Shown here: positions 9,107 to 19,200 of the stretch, piece by piece
Position numbering within the stretch: position 1 is the first letter of the stretch
Layout: each line of letters starts with the position of its first letter
Origin: a virus
Strand: one strand, 5' to 3'
IMG/VR virus record: IMGVR_UViG_3300005613_004097
Coordinates: 44,515 to 108,514 of that record
DNA: 64,000 bases
Notes under the pieces: generated by a model
Told to the model about the DNA's origin: nothing
What the model saw: the letters and a program-made list of their open reading frames with translations, nothing else
Databases searched by the model: none
Program-made: the position numbers and the translations under genes

Positions 9107-10939
9107 TCATTTCAGTAATGTTTCAAGTTCTTCAACGGTCAGAATTTCACATCCAAGTGATATTGCTTTCTTTTCTTTTGCACTTCCACTTCCTTTCACC
9201 TTCATAACAAGATGTGTGGTTGTTTTACTCACAGATGAACCAACCTTACCACCTTTGCTGAGAATAATTTCATTGAGATCATTTCTACGAACTCCAGTGA
9301 ATACAAATACCTTACCATCAAGATCATTACTGACAGATTCTACCTTTTCAGTTCTTTTCCAAGTTATAGGTAGATCTTTCACGAATTGATAGAATTTATC
9401 CCAACCATCAAGATATGATTTTGCAGATGTTTCAGCAAATCCTTCAATTTCAATAATTTGATCAATAGTCGGTTTTTCTTCAAAATGTTCTAAAAGTAGT
9501 AACTTCTTCGATCCAAGTCCTTTAAACAATCCAGTCGCGTGTTGAAGTTTTGAAAGTGTAACATCTTTCATTTTTGACTGAATTGAATTGAATACAATAA
9601 GTGATTTTCTTTTACCGAAGCCTTCCAATTCATTCAATTTATCCGGAGTTGCTTCAAGAATTGATTTGATAGAGTTGTATCCAGCATCCCAAAGTTGTCT
9701 GATAACTCCTTCTGATACATTTTCAACACCAAGAATTTCAAAGAAAGCAACTGTTTGTTTGAATCTTTGCTCATCAGTTTCTGTTAGTGTGATAAGTTCA
9801 ACACCGTTTTCATTCCAATCTATGTTCGGAACATCTGGTATTTGAAACTCAACAGTTTCCAATACATCGTAAATGATGGGAATAACCATTCCTGATCTTT
9901 TGATAACAACTTTTGCACCAACGCCTAATCCCATATCCTTAACGAATCTAGCATTATTACCAGTGACATTTGAAATTGTAACTCCATCAAGTTTTACCGG
10001 ATCAACGTGTAGAGTGGGTTTTAGGTAACCCTGTTTTGAGATATTATAAGAGATTCCAATAATTTCAGTTTCAGCAGTTTGTTCAAAGTTAGGTGATTTG
10101 TATGCTCTTGCCCATACAGGATTATTTGATGAAGTTTCTCTACCCAATTCTTCTTGTTCCTTTAAAAAATCCACCTCGATGATAAGTCCATCTATCTCGA
10201 ATTCTTTTGACCATTCATCGAAAAGAGATTGGAGATGGTCTTCTGTCAATTCATTTATGTTTTTTACTTCAAAGGGAACAGTTGTATCTTGTCCGTTATT
10301 CAGTTCAGTCAATAGTTCACTTTTTGTCATAAATGAATTTTCGAAATCTTTTTTGAATTTAGCTCCATATTTAATGTAGTGAATATCTTTCAATGGCTCT
10401 GTAACTTCTTTTGAGTTGAGAAGTCCAGCTACAAGGTTTCTTGGATTGGCAAAGTCAGCGGCATATTTTTCCAAAAAGGTTGATTTTTTCATCATTACCT
10501 CACCGTATGTGAATTCAAACATAGAATTCTGAGATAGTTTATTACCCATCAGTTGATAATGTTTATCGGATTTTTGTCCGAATTCACCATCACCTCTTGT
10601 GAATGCTTCTCCTGTAATTTCATTCACGCAAAGTGAAAGACCATCATATTTAGGTGTGATAACAACGGTTTGTGATGGATTGATTTCTTTGTTTCTACAC
10701 CAATCGAATATTTCATCGATTGTTTTTACTTTGTTCATTGAAGCCATTTCTATTGGAAGTTTGGCTTTTCTTGATTCGTCTTTTATCTCATGTCCTACTT
10801 TATCAAGTATAGGATTATGGGGATCCAATTCTTGCAGTTCTTCTATCAGAATATCATATTCTGAATCAGAGATTATTGGTTTTCCAAGACGGTAAGCCTT
10901 ATTGGCCTTATCGATTTTTTCTATTAGTTGTTCTATCAT
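9107..10939 (-). CDS. ligA: NAD-dependent DNA ligase
   Basis: PIISDSEYD, KYDG adenylation motif, TRGDG, NPRN, HhH motifs, C-terminal BRCT; start moved to MIEQ at 10939, downstream of TATCTTTG. Confidence 0.95.
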   Translation of the reverse strand: MIEQLIEKIDKANKAYRLGKPIISDSEYDILIEELQELDPHNPILDKVGHEIKDESRKAKLPIEMASMNKVKTIDEIFDWCRNKEINPSQTVVITPKYDGLSLCVNEITGEAFTRGDGEFGQKSDKHYQLMGNKLSQNSMFEFTYGEVMMKKSTFLEKYAADFANPRNLVAGLLNSKEVTEPLKDIHYIKYGAKFKKDFENSFMTKSELLTELNNGQDTTVPFEVKNINELTEDHLQSLFDEWSKEFEIDGLIIEVDFLKEQEELGRETSSNNPVWARAYKSPNFEQTAETEIIGISYNISKQGYLKPTLHVDPVKLDGVTISNVTGNNARFVKDMGLGVGAKVVIKRSGMVIPIIYDVLETVEFQIPDVPNIDWNENGVELITLTETDEQRFKQTVAFFEILGVENVSEGVIRQLWDAGYNSIKSILEATPDKLNELEGFGKRKSLIVFNSIQSKMKDVTLSKLQHATGLFKGLGSKKLLLLEHFEEKPTIDQIIEIEGFAETSAKSYLDGWDKFYQFVKDLPITWKRTEKVESVSNDLDGKVFVFTGVRRNDLNEIILSKGGKVGSSVSKTTTHLVMKVKGSGSAKEKKAISLGCEILTVEELETLLK

Positions 10940-10970
10940 TCGATTGTAATTTTGACAAAGATAATAAAGT

Positions 10971-11278
10971 TCAGTTAATAATACCAAGTTGTTTTAATTT
11001 ATATCTCCTATTTTCTTGTATATCTATTTGAAGATTGCTCGGATGTACTGATCTTGGTTTACCTCTATTGTCAAAGTTACTCACCAATAAACAACTTTCA
11101 AGTGATTTTGAAAGTACTACCACTTCCATTAAATTATTGTGATAGTATGTGCATTTTTTTCATTTTCAGCAAACCTCACCTTTGTTCCAACAGGAAAACA
11201 TTCACTCAGGTATTCATCAACCTCTTTTATATTACAAAGTGATTTATGTATCTCATAATCGTATTTCTTAAAATTCAT
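10971..11278 (-). pseudogene. Hypothetical gene split by a 1-nt frameshift in an A7 run
   Basis: MNFKKYDYE...FAENE joins KCTYYHNN...NRRYKLKQLGIIN* if the T7 run at 11154-11160 had one more base. Confidence 0.6.
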
Positions 11279-11561
11279 CAGGTGACATATAAAGATTCTC
11301 ACTTATCAGTTGTCTATCATCAGGATCAAATGAAGATACACCATAAATAATTTGTCCTTCACGATAAGCTATTTCATAAGCTTCTTTTCTTGAAACAAAC
11401 CTCTTATTCGATGTTAAGAATCCAAAATCTTTTCTATTGGTTGGCATCTCAGATTGGGGAACATTGAAGAATTCTAATGTTTCAATACAATCAGAATGTC
11501 TATAACCGGTGATTATTTTTCCTTTGAAAAGGACTGCTGAACAAAGTATTCTTTCTCTCAT
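11268..11561 (-). CDS. Hypothetical phage protein
   Basis: GYRH..C, GFLTS..RFVSRKEA, LISENLY. Confidence 0.7.
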   Translation of the reverse strand: MRERILCSAVLFKGKIITGYRHSDCIETLEFFNVPQSEMPTNRKDFGFLTSNKRFVSRKEAYEIAYREGQIIYGVSSFDPDDRQLISENLYMSPDEF

Positions 11562-11576
11562 TTTAACTTTTTTGTG

Positions 11577-11650
<74 letters not shown>

Positions 11651-11762
11651 TTTAAATTACATTTAAAACAATCATAAGCTGAATCAACTCCTCCATCACA
11701 GTTACATACTTGATAAGAGAAAATATGATTCAACTTTGATATTATTTTATGTATCCTTTTCA

Positions 11763-12044
11763 TCAAGATTCTGTGACCTGAGAAGAACTCACTTCATCAT
11801 ATGCACAATTCGCAACAATGTAGGCATCGCTGAAAAGTGACCAATCAAGTTTGTTTTCATGGCAGAATTCAACAGAATCCATGTTGTATTTTTTGATGAG
11901 TCTCAGTTCAGGTTCATAATTTTTCAGCTCTTTACGAACTTGATCATCATCGAGAAAATCCGGTGAGTCCATGAATTCGACAATAGACATGTACTTATCT
12001 TCCAAACTGAGCTGTCTTAGGTTTTTAACTTTTTCTAGATTCAT
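11763..12044 (-). CDS. Hypothetical protein
   Basis: ORF downstream of a TATATTTG promoter. Confidence 0.6.
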   Translation of the reverse strand: MNLEKVKNLRQLSLEDKYMSIVEFMDSPDFLDDDQVRKELKNYEPELRLIKKYNMDSVEFCHENKLDWSLFSDAYIVANCAYDEVSSSQVTES

Positions 12045-12207
12045 TTTTTTTTTGTTTTTATTGATTAATTATTAAGAAATACAAATATAAGGAATAATTT
12101 ACATTATACCAAATGATCTGAAACCAGATCTTCAAATTCCTGTGGATGTGATTCCTTTACCTGTTTTTCTGTTAATTTAATTTTCATGTTATTGTTATTG
12201 ATTTATT

Positions 12208-12585
12208 TTAAAATATTTTTTCTAAAAGTTGAGTTGCTTTTTCAATATCAAGTGAATTGTTCCAAAGAAATGCGCCAATATAAGGTACACCGACATAAAC
12301 TATGGACAATGATATGGAGTGTAATAGTATGGATGTGAGAAAGAAAATGATCCAACTTGATTCTTTGATTTTTTGTATGGTCTTGTTATCCCGTATGAAA
12401 TCGTTGGTCAGTATTACTAACATTAAAAATGGGAAAACAAGACCAAGATGTAATGCAACAAAAAAGAAGTATGCAATTCCAATTAAAACGGCAAGTATTT
12501 TCAGTGAAAGTAAGAAATTGAATGCAATGAAAAGTAGTGATGCTATTCCAATAATTGATACGATTGTTTTATCTATTTTTTTCAT
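12208..12585 (-). CDS. Membrane protein
   Basis: Several hydrophobic segments; TACATTTG 4 nt before the ATG. Confidence 0.7.
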   Translation of the reverse strand: MKKIDKTIVSIIGIASLLFIAFNFLLSLKILAVLIGIAYFFFVALHLGLVFPFLMLVILTNDFIRDNKTIQKIKESSWIIFFLTSILLHSISLSIVYVGVPYIGAFLWNNSLDIEKATQLLEKIF

Positions 12586-12609
12586 GCAACAAATGTAAGG
12601 AATTTTTTA

Positions 12610-12789
12610 TCAAAAAAATTGTAGCTCATACATTGAGGCATTGTGAGAGTAGAGTATATGTGGTTCTCTTACTGCAGACCCATATAGATTCCGATCAACA
12701 ACTTCTTTGACTGTCTCATAGGAGATTTGATAAGGCCATTCACTAATGCCCAATTCCCATAATTTAAGTTTTCTAAGTTGTTTTTTCAT
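12610..12789 (-). CDS. Hypothetical protein
   Basis: ATG overlaps the upstream stop (ATGA); begins MKKQLRKLKLWELGI. Confidence 0.5.
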   Translation of the reverse strand: MKKQLRKLKLWELGISEWPYQISYETVKEVVDRNLYGSAVREPHILYSHNASMYELQFF

Positions 12790-13010
12790 ATTCCAAGTTG
12801 TCTGAGCTTTTTTCTTCTCAGTTCTTTTTTTCTTTCTGATGGATTGAGATATTTCATCTTTGTCCTGTAATTTGAGGCACATTTTTTTGAACAGGACAAA
12901 CCCCATCCTCGTTTAAGATTTCTATTATCAGGCTTGAATTTTTGATCACAGAAAATACAATTTCTCATACCATCATCACAATTTTTCAGAGCTTCCTCAA
13001 ATATGTTCAT
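12786..13010 (-). CDS. Small zinc-finger protein
   Basis: CIFC...CSKKC; TATATTTG 4 nt before ATG 13010; ends LRRKKLRQLGI. Confidence 0.65.
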   Translation of the reverse strand: MNIFEEALKNCDDGMRNCIFCDQKFKPDNRNLKRGWGLSCSKKCASNYRTKMKYLNPSERKKELRRKKLRQLGI

Positions 13011-13080
13011 TTTACAAATATAATAAAATAAAGAGAAAATCAAAAATCTTAATATATAACAAAAAACTAATAATAGCATC

Positions 13081-16000
13081 ATGCCAATTCAAAGTTCATT
13101 TGCAACAGTCGCAGAACAGATTCTAGCCTATAACAGCAATATTGTTGAAATACTCACAAAGATAAATTCGCTTTCGACCACGACCGATCCTTCGGTTGAT
13201 GTGAGAATATTCGATGCGACCGGACAACAGAACAGTTATTCATTGCCATCATTTTCATATTTGAAGAGTGAAATAGAAAGATTGAACAATTCGATAAACT
13301 CACTTTATTCGATAGACACGAACGGTGCATTGATACAGACATCAAATCGAAATAAATTCAAGAAAATAATAACAGTGGACCTCAATCGCGAACCCAATCC
13401 GATAGATCAATTGCCACCGGTGACCCAGTTCAGATCATCAAAGAATTGGATATTCGATGGACTTTTGAATCCTTTGTTATCGGTAGAGATTGATCTATCT
13501 GATAAGATCGAGAACAATGTCAGAAAATGTCTTACTAGAAGATACATAGTTGAATTCAATCGCGATTCTGCTGGTGAACTCACCACATTAGGTCAGGCAG
13601 CTTTATCAGAATTCAATCAATTGTTCAGAGGTAGAACAGATATTGATCTTCAGGAATTTGAGAATTGGCACAGAACCACATCTGGTGTTGTATCTCCCTT
13701 GAGCCCGAATTATGATGAGCAGATGTTCGATATAGAACCTAATAATCTACTTTGGGATGGTGTTTTCAATGTATTGGAAATTGAAGAAGATACTGTGAAT
13801 CGAAAATTATGGTATAGGATCAATACACTTGATTATATTGTGAATGATACTTTGGAAGTAAAGCAATTGGTCGTTGGTGATGAGGTGATAATAAATCAGA
13901 CCATCTCAAATACGCGATACAAGATAATTGAAGTTTCAACCACTGAGTCAAATCCAAGGATAAGACTCGAGCGAGTTGAAGGACTTCAACCAGTTCCTGT
14001 CGGTGTTGGCACACTCAAGATATATTCGCCAGTGATATACACGAAAAGATTGAGAGTTTCTATTGGTTACAATGAGAGAAACATAGTTTTTGTCAAGGCA
14101 ATGAATGCAGATAACAACTTAATTGCAAAAAGTTGGTCCAAAGGAATAGGTTTTTATACTGGAGATCTTACATTAAGGTCAAATGATTCATTCAATGGAC
14201 AGACACTTGAACAATATTATGTGAGTCAGGTGTATGACTATGGTAAAGTTCTTTCAGACCTTGTTGCAAAAAAGACACCGAACACATTGGCGGGTAATCC
14301 CAACCCAGTGACATTGAATCCCGACAATTTCAAAGTTGTTCAGATAAACAAACACTTGACCGATACACCTGATGCCAATATCGTTAAGAACAAACACAAT
14401 TATACAGTTTCTTTGAAAAATGAGATCAAACAGGTTCAAGAGGCAATATCTGATAGAAATAAGAAATTGAGAGTGACAAAATTTGCATCACAGGCAGCTA
14501 AAAAGAAGTTTGAGTTGGAAATTGATGAATTGAACAAAAAGAAAGTTTCAAAATCCAAGTTGCTTGCAACCACTGTCAATGAGATCCTTGATCTTACCAG
14601 AAACGACCAGACAAGGGTTGATCCGAAATACAGACTCAGAGGATTCTGGGAAATACCAGATGCAGTTGTTACAAGAGGAACAAAGCCACAGGAGATCATT
14701 CAGTTCAGAGTTCAATACAGATATGTCTCAAAGGATGGAAGAGAGCCGAATGTTGAATCATATAATATCAAAGAGCAGGGTCAGAATAAAACGGCAGCTT
14801 TTTCCAATTGGAATGAGTTCAAATCAGATGTTAGAAAAAGAACTTTCAACAAGGCAACTGGTGAATATCAGTGGCAGATCGAGAATGTTGAAGATGCAGA
14901 TACTCCAAATATCAATCAATTGGATATTCCCATAACTCAGAATGAGCGTGTTGAGATGAGAATAAAATCCATATCAGAGGTCGGTTATCCTGATTCACCG
15001 GTAGAATCTGAGTGGTCAGATATATTGACAGTTGATTTTCCTGATGATCTTAATGATGTTCTCACTGATAATCAATTCATATTACAGGAAGCATCAAAAG
15101 AGGATCTTAAAGTGAGTGTTGAATCTGAATTGAGTGCAAAAGGTCTTGATGAACACCTTGCAGAAACGACCATAATCAATAATAAGACATATTTACACGA
15201 TGCTTCTTCAATATTGAGTGGATTTCAAGATGCGAATGGTGTCTCTTTGGATCTTTTCCAATATTTGAACAGATTGGAAACAAGAATTAGACAGCTCGAA
15301 GAGCAAATAGCTAGAACGCGAGGTGAACTTGAAGTTGTTATTCTAAGGAACAATCAGGAATTTGTCATTGGATACAACTCTGAGACGGTATTCAATGTAG
15401 AGTGTGAAGATTATCTTGACTCTTTCTCAGGAACCGGTATACCATCTGGTAGAGTGTATGCAAATAACATTTATGTCATAAAGGACTTTGCAATTCGTAT
15501 AAAGAACCGTTCGGTTGAGTCCAATTTGGGACTTCTCAGTGATTCGTTATATAACAGTAATTCTGACTTTTACAATACACAGGTTCCTCAAGTTTTCTGG
15601 GTGAACCCACAGGATGAGCTTTTATTCTCAGATGTTTCAGGGGTTTCGAGAACTCAATTGAACAATCAGTTCTTATGGGCAGTGAATTATGAGACGATAA
15701 CATCACAATCCAATATTGTGAGTCGATTATCAGAGAATATCGGAAACAGTTTCGTTGCACAATCAAGTAATTCATTGACTGATTTCCTTTCTTTGGATGA
15801 GTATAATATTGGATACAGTGAGACACAGACATTGAATTTTGTTTCAAATAACTCATCACTTTTGGATAATTCAAAATGGGTTGATGATACTGTTTCAGTT
15901 GGATCCACAACCAAGTTCCTGACAACAATACATCCTGTCATAAATGAATTGGAAGATATTGTTGAAGACAATCAAGATAAGATCAAGACATTGGATGGTG

Positions 16001-16254
16001 GTGAGGAAATAATAATACCATTGAACATTTACTTCAAGATGAATGCTTTGGATAATACACTTACTGGTGCCAATTACGAATATGTTAATTTGAACAATCA
16101 AACAGAAACGGTCAAACATACTAAAAAATTGAAATTCCTATTGGAAGATGAATCTGAGAACAGACCTTTTAAATTCACAATAGTTTTCAATCTGAATAGA
16201 AATAAAGTAACTTTCGCAAGTCCAAGTAAAAATTACACAACAATAGTCAAGTAA
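13081..16254 (+). CDS. Large putative virion structural protein
   Basis: 1057 aa, late-type motif upstream, coiled-coil segments, start of a structural-size cluster. Confidence 0.6.
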   Translation: MPIQSSFATVAEQILAYNSNIVEILTKINSLSTTTDPSVDVRIFDATGQQNSYSLPSFSYLKSEIERLNNSINSLYSIDTNGALIQTSNRNKFKKIITVDLNREPNPIDQLPPVTQFRSSKNWIFDGLLNPLLSVEIDLSDKIENNVRKCLTRRYIVEFNRDSAGELTTLGQAALSEFNQLFRGRTDIDLQEFENWHRTTSGVVSPLSPNYDEQMFDIEPNNLLWDGVFNVLEIEEDTVNRKLWYRINTLDYIVNDTLEVKQLVVGDEVIINQTISNTRYKIIEVSTTESNPRIRLERVEGLQPVPVGVGTLKIYSPVIYTKRLRVSIGYNERNIVFVKAMNADNNLIAKSWSKGIGFYTGDLTLRSNDSFNGQTLEQYYVSQVYDYGKVLSDLVAKKTPNTLAGNPNPVTLNPDNFKVVQINKHLTDTPDANIVKNKHNYTVSLKNEIKQVQEAISDRNKKLRVTKFASQAAKKKFELEIDELNKKKVSKSKLLATTVNEILDLTRNDQTRVDPKYRLRGFWEIPDAVVTRGTKPQEIIQFRVQYRYVSKDGREPNVESYNIKEQGQNKTAAFSNWNEFKSDVRKRTFNKATGEYQWQIENVEDADTPNINQLDIPITQNERVEMRIKSISEVGYPDSPVESEWSDILTVDFPDDLNDVLTDNQFILQEASKEDLKVSVESELSAKGLDEHLAETTIINNKTYLHDASSILSGFQDANGVSLDLFQYLNRLETRIRQLEEQIARTRGELEVVILRNNQEFVIGYNSETVFNVECEDYLDSFSGTGIPSGRVYANNIYVIKDFAIRIKNRSVESNLGLLSDSLYNSNSDFYNTQVPQVFWVNPQDELLFSDVSGVSRTQLNNQFLWAVNYETITSQSNIVSRLSENIGNSFVAQSSNSLTDFLSLDEYNIGYSETQTLNFVSNNSSLLDNSKWVDDTVSVGSTTKFLTTIHPVINELEDIVEDNQDKIKTLDGGEEIIIPLNIYFKMNALDNTLTGANYEYVNLNNQTETVKHTKKLKFLLEDESENRPFKFTIVFNLNRNKVTFASPSKNYTTIVK

Positions 16255-16279
16255 GTTGTAACTTTTCAATATATAACCT

Positions 16280-19200
16280 ATGAAAAGTTTTTCTTTACTT
16301 AGAACAAATGTTGCCTTGACCACCAATGTTAAGTTGTTGGTCGACTCGAAATACAATCTTTATCTTGAATCGATCGAGTCTGCTGATGAATTGGCAGCGA
16401 GTAGATTGAAAAAATATCAATTCAATAAAGATAATTTTTATGATGAATTGGTACCTGATTTCTTCAAAAACTTTCCACCTGATATTGCATTCTCAGTGAA
16501 TTATGACAATGACAATGATAACATGTCAAATGATTATGCAAATCAATATGATGAGACATATGTTGCCGGTGCAAAGAACATAATCGATAATAAGAATTAT
16601 ACTGAAGAGTATGAATACTTTGCCCCGCTTTATGTATTCAAGCACCATTTACCCAAATACTTTGTAATATTCAGAATAGATGGTCCTGGACTTTTGGATC
16701 TGAATAAGGATAATTTCAGAGATGAGTTTCTGAACAATTTCAAGTGTGTCAAGTTGTTCGATATGACAAGAGAGACAGTTCTTGGTGAATTCATAGATAG
16801 GAACTTTAAGAACAATATAAGTTATCCACCCACTGGTCTGGATATTGATTTCAGAGAACTCGAATTCACAAAATGGATCGGTATTGATTACGAGTCAGGT
16901 GGATATACACAAAAGTCGCTTTATTTCGATGAGGAATTGCAAAGAGAATCAACCCTTTTCGATATGGAACAGCTCATAACAGATGGTTACAGGGTCAATA
17001 AGGTGATACATCCGAATATTATAAACTTTACATTCCTTTTTGATGATACACCAGCAACAAAAGATACATTAAGAAAGTGGTCACTGAACAGATATTCGGG
17101 TTTCTATCTAGATGACATGCAAATTTATGATAAGATACACCCTTTCAAACTACCAAGATTGCAAAGTGATGTTGTCATTTTATCGGGTAATGAGATCATA
17201 TCAACTTCAAAGACTGATCCATTTGTCGAAGGATTCAAAGTGGATGATACAATGTGGGTTGAGTATGATGGTGAGTTCTATCGAGTTGAAAGATTCGAGA
17301 AAACGCTTGCAAGAAAGGTGAATCCTGAAAAGCGAGGTGCAAGGAACAAACAGATCACAGTTGATGAGGTTGTTTCACCAAAAGTGACAAGATACAGAAT
17401 AATAAGTGACCGTGACCTTTCAGGACAGCAAGCACTATTGAACAGACAACATTGTTACATCGATGATATGAACAGGATAATCGATGCATCGACAGATTCT
17501 GCTTATGTGATACCCGATTTTGATTATGCAGATGTGAATCTCATATTGATAGATGGTATCTATCATAACATTGTATTTGATTCGGGATTTTATAGATTGA
17601 ATACAGATTATGGATTCACATATTCAGAGGATTATAGATTGACATATTTCACCAACTCAGGCATTGATGGATTTTCAAAGTTCATTGACCTTGATATCAC
17701 AACTTTGAATCAACCTGTGAATTTTCCTATATTCAGATTGAAATTCACCGACATCAAAGATTTTGATACAAGTATAATAGATACTGAATTTTCAAAATTC
17801 GAATATGAGAAAAGAAACGATATCACAAAAACTGAAGAACCAAAACTTTATTTCACAGACCTCAGATCAAATTCGAATCCAGCTCCTTTTGATGATTTCA
17901 CATTCAAAGGCAGAACAGAATTGATACCGGTTGCATCTGAGTACACAGCAAATCTAGAGACATTCAGAGAAGAGAATGGTCAACTCACAGAACTTTGGAG
18001 AAAAAGTCCAAATCATGTTCGTTGGGGATATCAGAATTCACTGTCTGCACATGATCATCAATATCTTTTGAACAATACTGATCTGTTGGGTAATTTCAAT
18101 CAAACAGTTGATACGAGAAATTTCATACCTAACAGATCATCAAGAAACTTGGATTACTTTTATACGATAAACTCTGGAACAACATCATATATACATCATA
18201 CATTGCATGTTGAGAAGAATGTTGCGCCTTTCATACAGGATCAGAATTACAGATTCGAATTGGATAAATATCTGAATTTGGCCACTTACTCCTATTTTGG
18301 TCTTACCTATTCGTATGATTTCAATTATTTTGAACATTTCTTTTCGCCTACCCAATCTTTCATGGATGGTGAGATCGTAAGAAATGTCAAGAAATGGTCC
18401 TATTTTGAAGAAGGTGACCGATCAATACCATCAATGACCGTTTTCAAGGGAATCAAGTTCAAGATATTTGAAGTGGATTCCATCATCAAGAACAATGTGA
18501 GTGTTGAGAATCTGAATCTTTTCACATCGAACAAATTCAATGATTATAAATTCTCAATATTACTTTCATCGAATGATAAGATGGTTGCAAATGATGGAAC
18601 ATTGTATGAACCTTATATCACGGATAGTTTCATTTCAGCAACTGATCTTGGTGGCGGAACAACATCCTTCTTAACTTCGATATCAGCATCACCATCGGTT
18701 GCCGTTGATGATATTATTGAAGTCGAATTTCCTCAATATCAAACGAATTTTGCAACTGTTAATTATGTTGGTGCTGTGACAGGTGGATTCGGATTCAATG
18801 CTGTTACGAATATCATTGGATCACAGAATTTCGGTGGTAATTATAGAATAAAGCTACAATGGAAAAGAATTTTCAATTTTGAACTTGATAGAGAATATAA
18901 GGTCGGTGACATTGTGATATGGAACTATCAGACATATGAATGTGTTTCTGATGTCACTTTGATACAACCAGCTGATAATCCAAGTACAAGTTCATCCTTT
19001 ATTACATTTACCACAACACCATCACAGGTTCATCCATTTTGGAGAGGTACTTCAAATTCATATTCACCAAATGAATGGGTTTATATCTATGGTGAGTATT
19101 ATACACCGGTCATACCGATTAACACAAATATATATATAAATAACTTCTGGGATGATACATTACTATATTCATCAGGTGATATAGTCATTTATAAGAACAG

